From Eledone cirrhosa (Eukaryota): 64,000 nucleotides of DNA. This document shows positions 1 to 13,429 of this stretch, piece by piece. The notes below the pieces were generated by a model. The model was not told where the DNA came from. It saw only the letters and a program-made list of their open reading frames with translations, and searched no databases. Position 1 is the first letter of the stretch; each line of letters opens with the position of its first letter. Made by a program: the position numbers and the translations under genes. The stretch is from the NCBI GenBank assembly GCA_964016885.1, contig OZ024740.1, positions 235,910,001 to 235,974,000 on the forward strand, written 5' to 3'.

Positions 1-157
1 AAATTATTTAAAAGGGTTCCACAAGAGTAAAAAGGTTGAGAAATGTTGCTCGAGATTAATCCTTTTGATACCAAACCACTTCTGGTTCTATGATATGAAA
101 CTTTTTAAAGAGTTCATATATAAATTTAAACCTTCCATCAACATTTTATGTAAGACA

Positions 158-672
158 TCATCATCATCATCATCAACGTTTAACGTCCGTGTTCCATGCT
201 TGCATGGGTTTGGACGGAGGGTTTTCCCACTTGAGGCAAGAGTGGTTATCTTGCTTGCATAGGACTATCTGGCGGGTTTTCTACAGATGGATGCCCTTCC
301 TAACACCAACCACATTTACAGTGTGGGGCTGGGAGGTTTTTACTGTGTTGCCTACACGGCCACATTACAGCGTGAACTGTGTGTTTTTTTGACGTGACAC
401 CTACACAATCTCATTTGTTTCGGCCTGGATGTTGTGGCACCAACATAACTTTACATTGAAAGGAGCGGTGTGGATGGGGTGGGGGTGGTGGGACGGGGTG
501 TATTTTGTTAGAGATGCCTACTGACTGTAGTAGGTTTTACTTTGTATTTAGGTAAGGCGGGTCTTCTCTATTACTGAGTACCGCCAAAGGTCTCGGTCCA
601 GTGACATTGTCTTGGTGAGGTGTAAGTGTGTGAGGTCGGAATTTATCAGCTCGTCCCAGGTTTTTCTGGGTT
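158..672 (-). mobile_element. 5'-truncated RTE-type LINE 3' end with 15-bp target-site duplication
   Basis: TSD attttatgtaagaca at 143-157 and 673-687; (cat)n tail; highly similar to 20570-21052. Confidence 0.85.
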
Positions 673-958
673 ATTTTATGTAAGACAATTTTATTAAATT
701 ATGTTCCATACACCAACAATGAGATAATTATTTTACTGAAGACCTCCAAATATTTAGTTCTTTTCAGAACATCAACAAAAATATATGTGTAGGAAGGAAA
801 AAAAAAAAGGGGGGGGGGGACACTAGACATGTAACTGGAGCTAGTATCAAGTAATTTTAGACAAAGAGCCATATATTACTGTGTGATAGAGGTAAAGGGG
901 AAAGAAAAGAAAGAGTGAGAAGTAATGAAAAGAACATTAAAAAAAATATAGAACTCAC

Positions 959-1221
959 ATCATCATTATCACAGCCAACCATATCTCCATAGGAAACATT
1001 ATTACATATACAGTAACGAGGTTCGTTAGGGTCCTGCCAATCAACAGGCTGACCATTCTCATCAACTATCTGAAGTTCATTAGAATATTCCTCAGTCCCT
1101 ATCTGTGTTGAGGGGATAGCTGTAGTTGAACCAGTGCCCACCACTACATGGGCAGGTTGAATCTGTGCTGGTTGTGACTGCTGCTGCTGCTGCTGCTGCT
1201 GTTGCTGCTGCGGCAATGTTG

Positions 1222-1252
<31 letters not shown>

Positions 1253-1281
1253 CTGCGGCTGCTGTTGAGATGGCGGTGGTA

Positions 1282-1315
<34 letters not shown>

Positions 1316-1317
1316 TT

Positions 1318-1357
<40 letters not shown>

Positions 1358-1526
1358 TTGTTGTTGTTGTTGCTGCTGCTGCTGCTGCTGCTGTTGCTGC
1401 TGTTGTTGTTGTTGTTGTTGTTGTTGTTGCTGTTGAGCAGCCTGTTGGGCCACCACTGCTGCTTGTTGGCTCTGGTTGATAGCAGCAACAGCAGCTGCCG
1501 CCGCCGCCGCTGCTGCTTTCGACTGT
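959..1526 (-). CDS. ING3: ING3 exon 10: polyA/polyQ tracts and first half of the PHD finger ([25 protein letters not shown])
   Basis: Acceptor ttccttttcag in phase 2, donor gtgagt at 958; lies within ORF 857..1540. Confidence 0.94.
1158..1517 (-). repeat. Coding CAG/CAA (polyQ) and GCN (polyA) triplet repeats in ING3
   Basis: Uninterrupted Gln codons over 1286-1435 (50 codons) plus two shorter Gln runs. Confidence 0.95.
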
Positions 1527-4500
1527 CTGAAAAGGAACAAGAAAACAGGATACTCAGCTACAGTTTAGTACAGCATCTTTGTGTTGGAGAAAATGTCATC
1601 TTTAAAACAGCCAGTCTCGCTACAATCACTACAAAACAGTCAGAAAGCCATGATGTTTTCTTAAAGCTGGTCACCTCTACTAAATATTACTTATAGATCC
1701 CAGATGATATTTTAAAATAGTAGACTTTTCTATACTTAAGTTCCATGAAACTAGTTACTGGGATGGATATATATATATATATATATATATAAAGTAGATG
1801 ACAGCAAGACCTGAGTCTGCTCTATGTTCATTGGGAATCCTTAGATTTTAAAAGACATAAGCTACCACTTTTCCCACCTAACAACAAGCTCCAGATATTG
1901 GTAGTTCTAGATATATTATTTTATTTATTGATAAGATCATATGCTATGGGAAGAACACAACTAACTGTTGTTGCTGTTTAGCTCCAAGTCAGTCCAAGTT
2001 GCACAGATCTAGGACCAAAAGTGTGACCCATCCAGTATGGCCATTATATCATTTTCAAACATACTACAACTAAGATGGCACTATCCAACATGCCTTTCAT
2101 CTTTTAAGACATCAGGAGGTAATTTGAGTGAAATTTACCAGCCATTTCTAGGCCATCAAGCAACAGCATAGAGATTCCTCTCTAATTTCTCAGGACTCTA
2201 GTATTTATTATATATATATATATATATATAAAGGAATCCTTTATCCTAGGGAGAAAACAATTTAGTATAACCTCATTATAAACCTCAAGATGTATAACAC
2301 ACCATCATTAATATACTCTGAGTTTTTCACCAAAAAATCTAGTTTGCATTTCCTTAAACATATCACTCAGTCATGGAGATAAAATAGAATAGCAGAAATT
2401 GAAAATAATATACTTTTTTTAAGTGAACTAAGAAAATGGTCTGTAGAAATCTGAAATAATGGGTTTACAGTACAGACATTGTAGTATATATATGTACACA
2501 GATAACTAGTGTGTTTGACATTCATGATCAAATCTAGAGGGCAGTTATGGGGGCAAAGCTAATGAGGAAGTGGTGAATGCAACAATTCTGACAGCTGTTG
2601 ATTTAGGGGAGACAAAACAGATATAAGAAGCTGGCATCGTTTACAAAGCAACAGAATAATGATGAAAGTAGTAGATAAGAATCTAAAATTACTTACTTCA
2701 ATACTAACATATATAACTATGTAAGAAATGTCTGGCTAAAGGTAATGGTGGTGGTGATGATGATAATCGTAGTAACTCCACTGTATCATGACACATACAG
2801 TGGTTACATCCTGTCATAAGTATCAGTGCATATGTGGTCTCACATATATATATGTGTGTGTATGTATGGTCCCGTAACTCCTGATAGAATCGTAGGGGCG
2901 CCCTATTAACAAACATTTCTTGTGCATTTTAAGCCTGGTGAAGCCCATTGTTCTCCAGGCCTGAGTACAGCAGATTTCTTCCAGAGAGAAGAAGAATCGG
3001 CCCAGTACTAGACTGGTACTTTTTTTTTTATCGACCTTGGCGGGATTTTAACTCAGAGAGCAGAGCCGGAATGAATACCATAAAGCATTCTATCCAACAT
3101 TCTAACTCTGCCAATTCACATTATATATATCATCATCATCATCGTTTAACGTCTATCTTCCACGCTAGCATACTGTTAGGGATGAAATGTGCTATTTATC
3201 TATATATATTTACTCTTACAATTGGTGTGTGCATGATTGTATATGCCTTTACTACGATTATGTATTGCACAAGCATGGTCAAATCATTATGAAATTTGCT
3301 TCACAAGCATGAAGTTCCTGTTTGATCCCATTGTAAGACACCTTGAACAAGTGTCTTCTACAATAATCTTGGATCAATCCAAGCCTTATGAATGTAATTA
3401 TGTAGACAACTGTGTGGAAGCCTGTAATATCAAGAGTCAGCATGATACACAATGCCAATATTAAGTTGATTCTCCTTGAGGATCACATTAAAAGTACATG
3501 TGTTTGTGGAAGGCTCAGCCAGCTACATTGTATTGCAGTGAGTAAATAGTTCCACTGATCAAACAACTGGAATACTTATTGTCAAAACAATTTAGTATGT
3601 GTGTGTAGAGTGTAAGTATACAAGAATTCTACCCTCACTATGTGTGTATGTACAAATCTGTTTTTTTATCATATATCTGTGTCTATTATTCACCACCATC
3701 ACCACCAATGTGTAACAGTCAGCTAGTGTGTAATTAACTAAAGCTACCCTGGTTACTAATGAGGGGTTAATAAATATGAGACTGACATCAACAAAATCAA
3801 ATAGTAACAACATATTATATCAAAACATTATATCATCAATACAGTTTTTTCAAAATAAAATCATTCTGGACTATACACTTGACCATGTATACAGAGATGT
3901 GTGTATATAGATGTGTTAAGCACTTTACACAACAATCACACTAAAAGCCTCCACATAAAAATGGTATAATTGTACACACTGACTAAGGACAAGCATGGTA
4001 TTTTGTCTAAATATCATTTTACTAAACATATGGGGTGGTGTGGCATTCAAGCCACTTTCCAATGACATTAATCGGGATTAAGTAACGTAGTAAAATAACT
4101 TTGACTGCTAACTGAAAATCTTGTCATGAACTCAGTTTGCTGGAAGCTTGACATCTCTCTGTTGTTACACAGCATTTCTTTATAAAATTGGGCTTAATCA
4201 TCACTCCAGACTGCAAGACCTCCTTTAGCCTGTTTAACTCTACATAGTCCAGTATATAGTCCAGTAACAATAACAAAAAAAAAAAACAAACATTAAAATA
4301 CAGATTACAAAATTAAATCAGTTGATATTGTTTAAAGTTCAAATAATGGCATGTAATCACTTCTGACCAGTGTCCAGACCAAATTAATATCAATCAGATA
4401 TTACTGTCCATGCAGCTAGATATAGAAGTAGTAGTAGTAGTAGTAGGAGAGCAAGGTTAGTACTATGGTTGAAGGAGTTACTTGTAAAGAATCCCTTCAG

Positions 4501-4723
4501 AAATAGTTTAGTAGAAGCAGGAAGTGTGGTGAGCTTGAACGAATTCCACAGGTAGTTGAGATGAGGGGGTTGGTCATGGTGAAGGAAGAAGTCAGTTGTT
4601 TGATCAATAAAGCAGAGGAGAGACTTGTCTCAATCTGAGTTTCCTTAACATACAACTACTTCCCAATAATAACAACAATAACCATGCGCTGACCTCACAC
4701 AGGTCAGATATTTAGTAGCAAGA

Positions 4724-5150
4724 GCTAAATAATGGTGTTCACCACAGACATTAAATAATGTTAAATAATACTGACACTAAATAATAGTGTTGTTCACCAC
4801 CAATACTAAATGCTGTTGTTCACCAAACACTAAATAATGGTGTTCACTACTGGCACTAAATAATATTGTTCACCACTGACACTAAATAATATTGTTCACC
4901 ACTGACACTAAATAATGGTGTTTACCAAAGGTATTATATGATTATGTTCATAGCACTGTTTAGTGAACACCATCATTTAGTTTCAGTGGTGAACATCACT
5001 ATCCAGTGTCTATTGTTGGTGTTCACAGCAGGTATTAAATGGTGGTATTACCTACAGACACTAAAAGATGATGTTCCTCACATACATTAAGTGATGTTCA
5101 TTAGTGACACTAAATGTGGCATGCACTCCAAATACTAAATAAAGCATTCC
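4724..5150. repeat. ~26-bp degenerate tandem repeat with an inverted block
   Basis: actaaataatggtgttcaccactgac units; reverse copies at ~4958-5000. Confidence 0.8.
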
Positions 5151-5215
5151 TCACAAACAATACTCTTTTGGTTACTGTATTATAATGACCATATACATTG
5201 CCTACAAATACTAAA

Positions 5216-5482
5216 AACTGCTCCATTTCTTATGTTACATACTGACCACAAATATTGCCACACTATAGTATTATGGCATTGCCCACTCTCCAGTGTGAAT
5301 GAATATTGAATTTGACATTTAAAATAACCCAATCCATCTGATAAATACCAATAACTGCTCTGTTTCCTATGTTACAAGCAGACCACAAATACTGTCCCAC
5401 TACTGTATAATGAAACTGCCCATTGTGAATGAAAGTTGAAGTTAACACTTAAAATGACCCAACCATCTGATAACTCTACCAT
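5216..5482. repeat. Diverged ~135-bp direct duplication
   Basis: 5216-5350 vs 5354-5482 share ctgctc...tatgttaca...gaccacaaata...gtgaatgaa...ccatctgataa. Confidence 0.7.
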
Positions 5483-6122
5483 CAGGTTGTTCACACCACC
5501 AGACTGAAGCTGTAGCAATGAGGAAGTGAAGGAGTGAGTAGGAATGATAAAATACATGAAATTGTGTTAGTTTGGTGTTAATCTAAGAAGAAAAGAGAAA
5601 TTGCAATGTTTACTTTAGGCAAATGGGACAAAAGCTGACAGTTAAGTGACACAGTACAAACAACCTATATGGTAACATATTGACACCACTGTTCTTTGTA
5701 CAGTACAAATAACTAACAACTTTACTTTTATATGAAGAAGGAATGAATGATTGTAAATGCAACTAACCAAACATCCATGTGTGTGTGTGTGTGTGCATAA
5801 ATATCTATAAATATTCTTGAATTCAAACACATACACACACAATGATGTGAAGTTCTTAAATGAAAATTATTATACATATATATATATTTGCATATACCTG
5901 CATGCATATATATATATGTATGCGTATATATATATATGCATATACATGTATGCATATAAATATATATATGCATATATATGTATGCATGTAGTTTCACATG
6001 CACACAGATACACATAGAAACACACACACACATACTCAGTCACTCACATCCATTCTGTTATATGAATATAAATAAATTAAAAAAAAAATTTAAAAAAAAC
6101 AGAGGCACTTAGAAAGACTCAC

Positions 6123-6137
6123 TTGGTTATTCGCCGC
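6123..6137 (-). CDS. ING3: Candidate 15-nt ING3 microexon (K-RRIT-K)
   Basis: ttccctctctacatttcctcctcatttaaacag|GCGGCGAATAACCAA|gtgagt; phase 2 to 2 fits between exons 9 and 10; ~100-nt AG-free zone upstream. Confidence 0.55.
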
Positions 6138-6562
6138 CTGTTTAAATGAGGAGGAAATGTAGAGAGGGAATTTAGAATTTAGACCAAACAGTCAGGAAGA
6201 AATTGAAAATGAGGCACAATTTTAATGACAAAGAAGGTTTAGCTGCAAATGAAGAAGCAGTATTTTAAAGGGTTCACACCAAACAATTACCATAGCAACA
6301 GACAAGAAATAGCTCAAATGACATGTATACAAGGGGGGAAATAACCTGCCACATTTTTTACATGAAAAAAAAAAAAAGAAAAAGAAAAAAAAAACTGCAC
6401 ATGCTAATAGCGTTGTTAATGAATAATATCAAATGCAACCCCCTCTCTCTCTCTCATTTACAATCAATTCTGTAGTGTACATTAAAACAAGTTAACTGGT
6501 ATTTCACAAACATACATATATACATACATACATGTTGGTAACATGCTGCAAAGATGGACATG

Positions 6563-6658
<96 letters not shown>

Positions 6659-7498
6659 TATCAATAGAACAGCAAGCATAAGTGCATGAAAAAGACATTT
6701 AACATTGAATATTTCAATATAGAGATCAAACAAAATATGCATGTTGATTATAAAACAATTTTGAATACTAAATAGTCAGTCATAATTTCAAGGCTGATCT
6801 AGGGCTACTGTTTTTAATTTCAACTTACTTTAAATTTGAGACAACTAGCGAGAAGAGATTCTGTTAGAAATCTATGGTATGACTAAAAACTAGAAAATGG
6901 TTGCTAAGGTAAGGGAGGTAACTCTTCAGGTGTTGACTATATATGGTATTGGTTTTACAGAATATGGTATTGATACAGAAAGTTCTAGACTGAGATTGGC
7001 TTTAAGATTCTACAGCAATTATAACTTTCTTCGACTACAACATTACTGTTTATTCAAAGCTAATATCTCAGCCGTTGCAGGGAGCTTTCTATGACTTATC
7101 CTGAAACTTTCTGTCATCGGTTGGCAATTAAGAGAAAAGTAGCCAAGGAAAATTGAAAATTGTCAATATCAGGTACTAACTATACAGCTAAGTTGGTTGT
7201 GATAGGAAGTATCTAGCTATAGAGATATCTGCCTTCAATATAACCAAAATATGCAAAATTTACAACCACAAATACCTCTTCGTTAATTTTATCTGTGGTG
7301 ACAACAGAAATCAAACTTTAGTTAAGATGTCAGAGAAGCTATGAAACTGTAATTGGTTGTGGTGAGAAAACATGATAGGAAGCGTATTATGAAAATACTG
7401 ACGATCAATCTTCTAAGTATGGAGCAAAGATTAGCTTAGAAGATTGGAGAGATGAGACCTACAGAATTGTTTTGGTAACGATAACCAGATTTCTCACA

Positions 7499-7691
7499 TA
7501 CGAGAGTCAGCTGAAAAGTTAATAGGTTGACTATGAAGGATTGATGCTAGAGCTGTGAAATCTTGCATGCATTAATTTCAAATCTTCTTATTCATTGTTT
7601 CTTTCCAGGGATTATGTTGAAAATAAACCTCATTTGGTCATTCTATGAGAGTATCTTGGTCAGTCTATGAACTTTTCAGCTGACCCTCATA
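7499..7691. mobile_element. Mariner-type MITE
   Basis: TIRs tacgagagtcagctgaaaagtt / aacttttcagctgaccctcata with TA ends. Confidence 0.8.
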
Positions 7692-10600
7692 TATGATATA
7701 CTCTAGAATCATGAATATGGAAATTACAAAGTCATATAAATGATCCACAATGCAATGATTGATTGTCCATTGATTTTAGCGATGATCATTCAGTAGTTTG
7801 ATCAATTAAGCTTCCAACTCATGATGGTTGACTATTCCAGACACATATACCTTATACCTTTAATGTAATTCCTAAGTCAAATCAGTGTGACACAATATGT
7901 GAGAAGGTTGAGCCTGTGAATTACAGGTAAAACTCATTGGACAGGCTTTCATAGATTCTGTCACAAGGCTTGATTTAACCAGGATCTATAGTAAAGAAAT
8001 TTGCTCAAGCTACAATACAATAGGATCAAACCTGGGATCTCACAGAACAAAATGAACTCCCTTGTAACAATGAATAAAATTAGTTAGAGAGTAGCCATTA
8101 GTTTGCCTAGTTTAGTCAGTCAGAGAATTCATAATATTCTATCTTACATGATAACTCAACACAAATAAAATGGATTAAACATTCACAGGTTATATATGAA
8201 CTTAAAAACAACACCACCATTGCACTCCTAGTCTGAGAAAGTCTACAAATGTTTTAGGTGCTACCCTACCTCTAACAATAAAATATTTTATAAATCAAAG
8301 TTTATCTTTGAATAACAGGTATTTTTCAGGGAATACATTATGCTCATGATACATATTAAAACAGAAGCAACTCCAAGTTTCACCAATTAGTTACATAACG
8401 TTAGTTTCATAATGTATTATGATTCAAGACAATCCCACTTCAACCCAATATAAGTGCCTCAAATGTTTTAAGAGACCACCTAGTCTTATCTCTGCTTAAC
8501 AACTTTTAAATAACAGGTAGCATCCTATTAAATGTCATTTACAAAACGAACTGTATTTTCCATAGAAAAATCGAAAACTCAATTGCGAAGAACAGATGTT
8601 AAGACAGCCGAATGCCATCAATGACAACAGCATGTAAGTCAGACAAAAATACCCCTAAGGATAGAAAACAGTGGCCAGTAGTCGCTACAGAGAAACGGAA
8701 AGTTGTAAGGTGGGTGAGAAGTATAGTTGATTAAAAGAGGTGTTGGTACATAGGAGTGATAAGGAAAGGAGAGATACTCATGCAAAACTACATGGCCAGA
8801 TGAGAGCTGATGTGGTTTAGATGTGCCAGTGATTTGGTCGTGTAAGGTTTGTAACATTAATCCTCACTCTTATTGTAACTTTAGTATCCACTTGTTTTCC
8901 TTTTTCTCCTTCCTACGTGCCAACACACTCTTCTCTTAATCATCTATACTTTTCACCCACCTCACAACACTCCATACGGACCAATGGCCAGTTTTCCGTC
9001 CTTAGGGGTATTATTGCCAGACTTCCACGTTGTTGTCATTGACGACATTCGGCTGTTCCGAGCGTTCGAGTATTCGATTTTACTATGAACCTCATATTCC
9101 CTCACCGCTTCGTCTCGATAATTTTCGATACACCTAATGTTGGTATTTTCCACATTTTTTTCTAACACAACTGGTGTAAGGGAAGTAATGCAGGAAACTA
9201 TCGATTCATTATTTCCCTTATATTATATTGTGCATGACAGGAAGAAGCCACTCAAGATTGCTTGAAGATACTGAGTATAATGTAACCAATTAGTGAAACT
9301 GATAGAACCTACCCTAGAGAATTTATTAAACAATATAATCTACTATATTTACTATCATGTTTTCTTTACTTGTCTGATGTAATCTATATTATCACACACA
9401 CACACACACATATATATAGGGAGAAATTGGGAGTTACAGTTAGACTAGTAAGACCAGTGCAGGATAGCTGGGAAAGTAGAATGTATGTATCGTTAAAAGT
9501 CAGTGTCTGATGGCTGAGCTCACACCGTTTCAACATTGGAATGGCATCAGCTCAGCCGTCGGACACTAACTTTTAACAATATATGTATGTATATATATAT
9601 GTGTGTATGTGTGTGTGTGTGTAACTACTTAATCAACTCTGAAACAAAGAATATTAATACTTCCAATGCCATTTTAACAAGACCAGGCTGGAACAGCCAT
9701 GTAACCCCAACTAGAGATCAACAACTTCCCATAGATACTTATACTTGACTCTAGTCAAATAGAGCTGGAACTTCAACTAGAGATGAAGATGACAATGAAA
9801 CAATTGAATATATTATACAAAATAAAATGTCAGGGTATCATAGTGATGAATTTTAAGGCAGACATTGTTAAAAACTCACTTCTGATTGAAATCACTCTCT
9901 ATCTTAAGCTAGAACATTAAAGGATTTCACAAACACTAAAATATTTAGAAAATGAAGAGTGTAGCAAACTATATCTGGCAATTTAGAACCAGAAAATATA
10001 GCCCCATTAATATTCCAATCCAATCCAGGGCCTTCTCCTGTTTGAATAACCCCGCCCTGATGGACCACCGAGTTCTGTTTGGTTTTAGTTATGTCAGGGG
10101 TGTAGCTGCACTCACCATGCTTGGCCAATTGTGGGTTGGTGAGGCTATTTAACCCACAGTTAGGGGTGGATGGATGGTCATTGACCCTGAAGAGTTGTTG
10201 TTTTTTGTGCTGCTGGAGTTCCACTTATCCTCTTCACCCGACCAGTGTCTGGTGGGGGCACCAGATTAGTCACCAACCACTCAACTATGAAGCAGTTTGT
10301 ACTGGGTTACATAGTACCAGTAGCAGGCTGAAGCCCGATATCTTTAATATCAACTTTCTGTCAACAACATATGAATAGGATGAAAATGGAGACACTGGAT
10401 CATGCAATAGTATTGATGGACATCTACTTGATTAATTTTACAACTCCTTTGTGAGTGTCTGTGGTAGCTAAATGGCACAGATGCTGGAATATTGATCTAA
10501 AGGTCAGGAGTTTAAATTTTGCCAAAGACATTATATATACTCTGTGTGAATCCAGTTTAGAATTGCTACACCATATCCCTGCATGTTATAAGAAGCAACT

Positions 10601-11113
10601 AAAAAAGTTGGTGTCAGGAAGTGCATCTGGTTGTAAGGCGCTGCCTCAAACAAGTTGGCATAAAAACAATGATGATGCTATTCCACAGGTATAACATTAT
10701 TTGACTCAGTTGGCAATGGTCTGTATCTTGAGTGTATATATAAGTGTAAGAGCTTCAATAATAATGGTAGAGCTGAAATAACTTGTCATATCAATGAGGC
10801 TCTACTACTCTGTATAGTGATGGTGAAAGTTATATTGAACTGTAACATCAGTACAACAGACATTCATCCAAACTGCACCTAGATGCAGCAGATGGTACTT
10901 TAGATGAGAACTGTAGAACTAATGCTACATATAACTAGTCACTTGAGCTGGCAAGAACATTTAACCAGGTAAGACAGCATAACATCTAACCAGGTATAAG
11001 TAAATGATACTACCAATCCTAAAACTAGTGCTGTTGATGATAATGATGATGATGGTAGTGGTGGTAGTGATGGTGGTGGTGGTCTGTGACAGCTAATTAA
11101 AACTAGAACTTAC

Positions 11114-11310
11114 TTCTTCGAACGTGGTGCCCTTGGAGTAGTTCCGCTGCTAGTTGGAGCAGTTTCTACTACTGCTGGTGCTGGCGTACAATTAGCACTG
11201 GAATTGAAAGCAATATCTTTACCAAATGACAGCTCCTTTGCAATATCAGCAGGCCTGCTCATCGATACAATGCTGGCTTTCATACTAGGAGTACGACGAC
11301 CCTGTGCCAT
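11114..11310 (-). CDS. ING3: ING3 exon 9 (MAQGRRTPSMKAS...TPRAPRSK)
   Basis: Acceptor tttcag, donor gtaag, 197 nt ending in phase 2; GRRTxSxKAS motif of ING3. Confidence 0.92.
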
Positions 11311-12129
11311 CTGAAATATAGACATTAACAGAGATATTTATCATGGTTTGCCCAGAAATACATAATTCCCCCCACACAAATTAATGTTTAGATTATGTCA
11401 TAAAATGTTTATACAATATTTAGTTAACTCTAAAGCAGCATGTAAGAATATCTTGATAAAATATGTGTCTAGATATACAGTATACAATATTTGAGTTGAA
11501 ATCCTGCCGGAGTCGACAGAATAAAGCACCAGTAATGCACTGAGATCGATTTAATCGGTTTTCCCTCCCTCAAAATCTTTGGCCTTGTACCTAAATCAGA
11601 AACCATTATTTCTTAGAATTTTAAGCCATAGAATAGTTAAATCATTTTATTCTTTTACATAAAATTATACATACAAACACACATACATATACAATGTATC
11701 TCACAGTGGTTTCAATGATGAAGAGTGCCAGTTGTCAATCAACTTAAGTACCTACACATTGTATTATAGTTTATTCATCAGACACATGTACCATTAATGT
11801 AATCTTCAAGCAGATAAAGCATGACATCGCATGATAGGTGCAGACTTTTGGATGACAAATGCTCTTGTTTCAAACGGCCTTCACAGTACCCATACCCAAT
11901 TCTACTCACAAGACTCGATTTGACACAAGGCTTTGAAGGATACACTTGCCCAAGGTGATATGCACTTCCAATGACTAAGTTTTGCTGTCATGCAATATCA
12001 CACTTTATATACAAGCATCATACATCTATATTGTACTTGGAGAGAAAGGTCTTTTGTTGTCAATTGGTATTGAACTTTATCCACTCAGTCCTGACTTTAG
12101 CTACTGTGATTTCGCAATATCTGCCTTCA

Positions 12130-12790
12130 TTATTGATTAAGTCACCTAGGTGACAGAAGTAATCATCTACTTCTAGCAAGCTTCTGGGCAGTTGAAAGAA
12201 CTCATTTTATGGGGTTTTCTTACTGCTAACTACTCCTGAGCATCTGCTACATATGAAGTGTTTCTGTCAGCTGGTCTGTGATTTCCTTGCATCTTTTATA
12301 CACTCCTAAATTACATTGGATATGATATTCCTACCTATTCCTTTTATACATATTGAGCCTGACCACATCTCAGGTGGCAGTAAAGTCCTGTAGTCTTTCT
12401 TGCTAATTAAAACTTTTGCCTTTTCTAAGTTTTACTTCCAGACCTCTTAAGTTTAAGCCTTGCTTCCATGTTCAGAACCTTTCCTCTAAGTCTTCGACTG
12501 ATTTGGCTGTTTACAGACTGGTGTTTATACAGATAGTCAGTCTTGAACTCTTCTCTTATGGCCTGAAAAACAATAATAAACAGAAGGGGTTTGAGAACTA
12601 AGCCTGCATGCTAAATTCCTTATTGAACTCATTACTAACTCTTATATTTTGCTGACAGCTCACAAGCCATTCATATGTTCAACTTCCTTCTCAATTTCAA
12701 CAAGTGTTCTTCAAGCAGAATCAGCATGATAGTGTAACTAGACAGGACCCATGAATCACAAGTTCGGTTTATCTAACAAGTTACTGAATT
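12130..12790 (-). mobile_element. Highly decayed RTE-like LINE fragment
   Basis: Minus-strand remnants resembling the RT segments of the 42280-43800 copy. Confidence 0.45.
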
Positions 12791-13342
12791 TCCCATTTAT
12801 TTATGCAATAAAAGAACACACGTGTAAGTGTGTGTATCCATGCATAAGTTTTTGAATATTTTTGAAGTTTTTAAAATATTTTTATACCGTCTGACAAGTC
12901 CAGGCTATTAGAATTGGTAGGATGAACATTATCTAGCCATGGTCCTCAACAAAATATGTATCACAGAGATATAAACCTAAATCAACTACATATGGTTTCA
13001 ATGCTATATATATATATATAAATACACTAGCGTGGAAAGTGGACGTTAAATGACGATGACGATGATGATACAATCAGGGCATGAAACACAGCTACTACAC
13101 AGTAGCAAGATGGAATTTATGTAAATGATTAAGCTGCTGGTAAGCAATATACTAACAACAGTAATCCCTAGATGATTAATGGACATGCACGTAAAACTCC
13201 AGTGAGAACTAAGTAAAAAGGTAGAGGCCAGGAATTTTATAATTTTAAAAGATTTGAATAGGCATGTTGGAAACCATGGGTTGTATGAAGGTTTTGAGCA
13301 AGTAGAGAAGAGCTGTAGTGACACATCAGAGAAGTGACTTAC

Positions 13343-13413
13343 CTGTTGTGTGGCAGCAATAGCTTGAGATGCAGCAGCAGCAATAGCAGCATTGGTTCCT
13401 GCACCCATATGGC
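13343..13413 (-). CDS. ING3: ING3 exon 8 (GHMGAGTNAAIAAAASQAIAATQQ)
   Basis: Acceptor tttcag, donor gtaagt, 71 nt; resembles the ING3 GAGAITMAAAQAVQATAQ segment. Confidence 0.9.
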
Positions 13414-13429
13414 CTGAAACGAGAGCCAT

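Noticed and set aside
1-958. Final ING3 PHD exon (CPIEWFH...)
   Set aside because: Not found here; it must lie left of the window.
1126-1696. polyL, polyA/V and polyN/S ORFs
   Set aside because: Alternative frames and antisense of the ING3 polyQ exon.
2697-2790. Possible extra ING3 cassette exon ending in gtaagt
   Set aside because: Weak acceptor, in-frame stop in phase 2, frame-shifting length.
5642-6742. YI/CV/HT-rich ORFs (also 35294-35722 and 44215-44864)
   Set aside because: Dinucleotide microsatellite translations.
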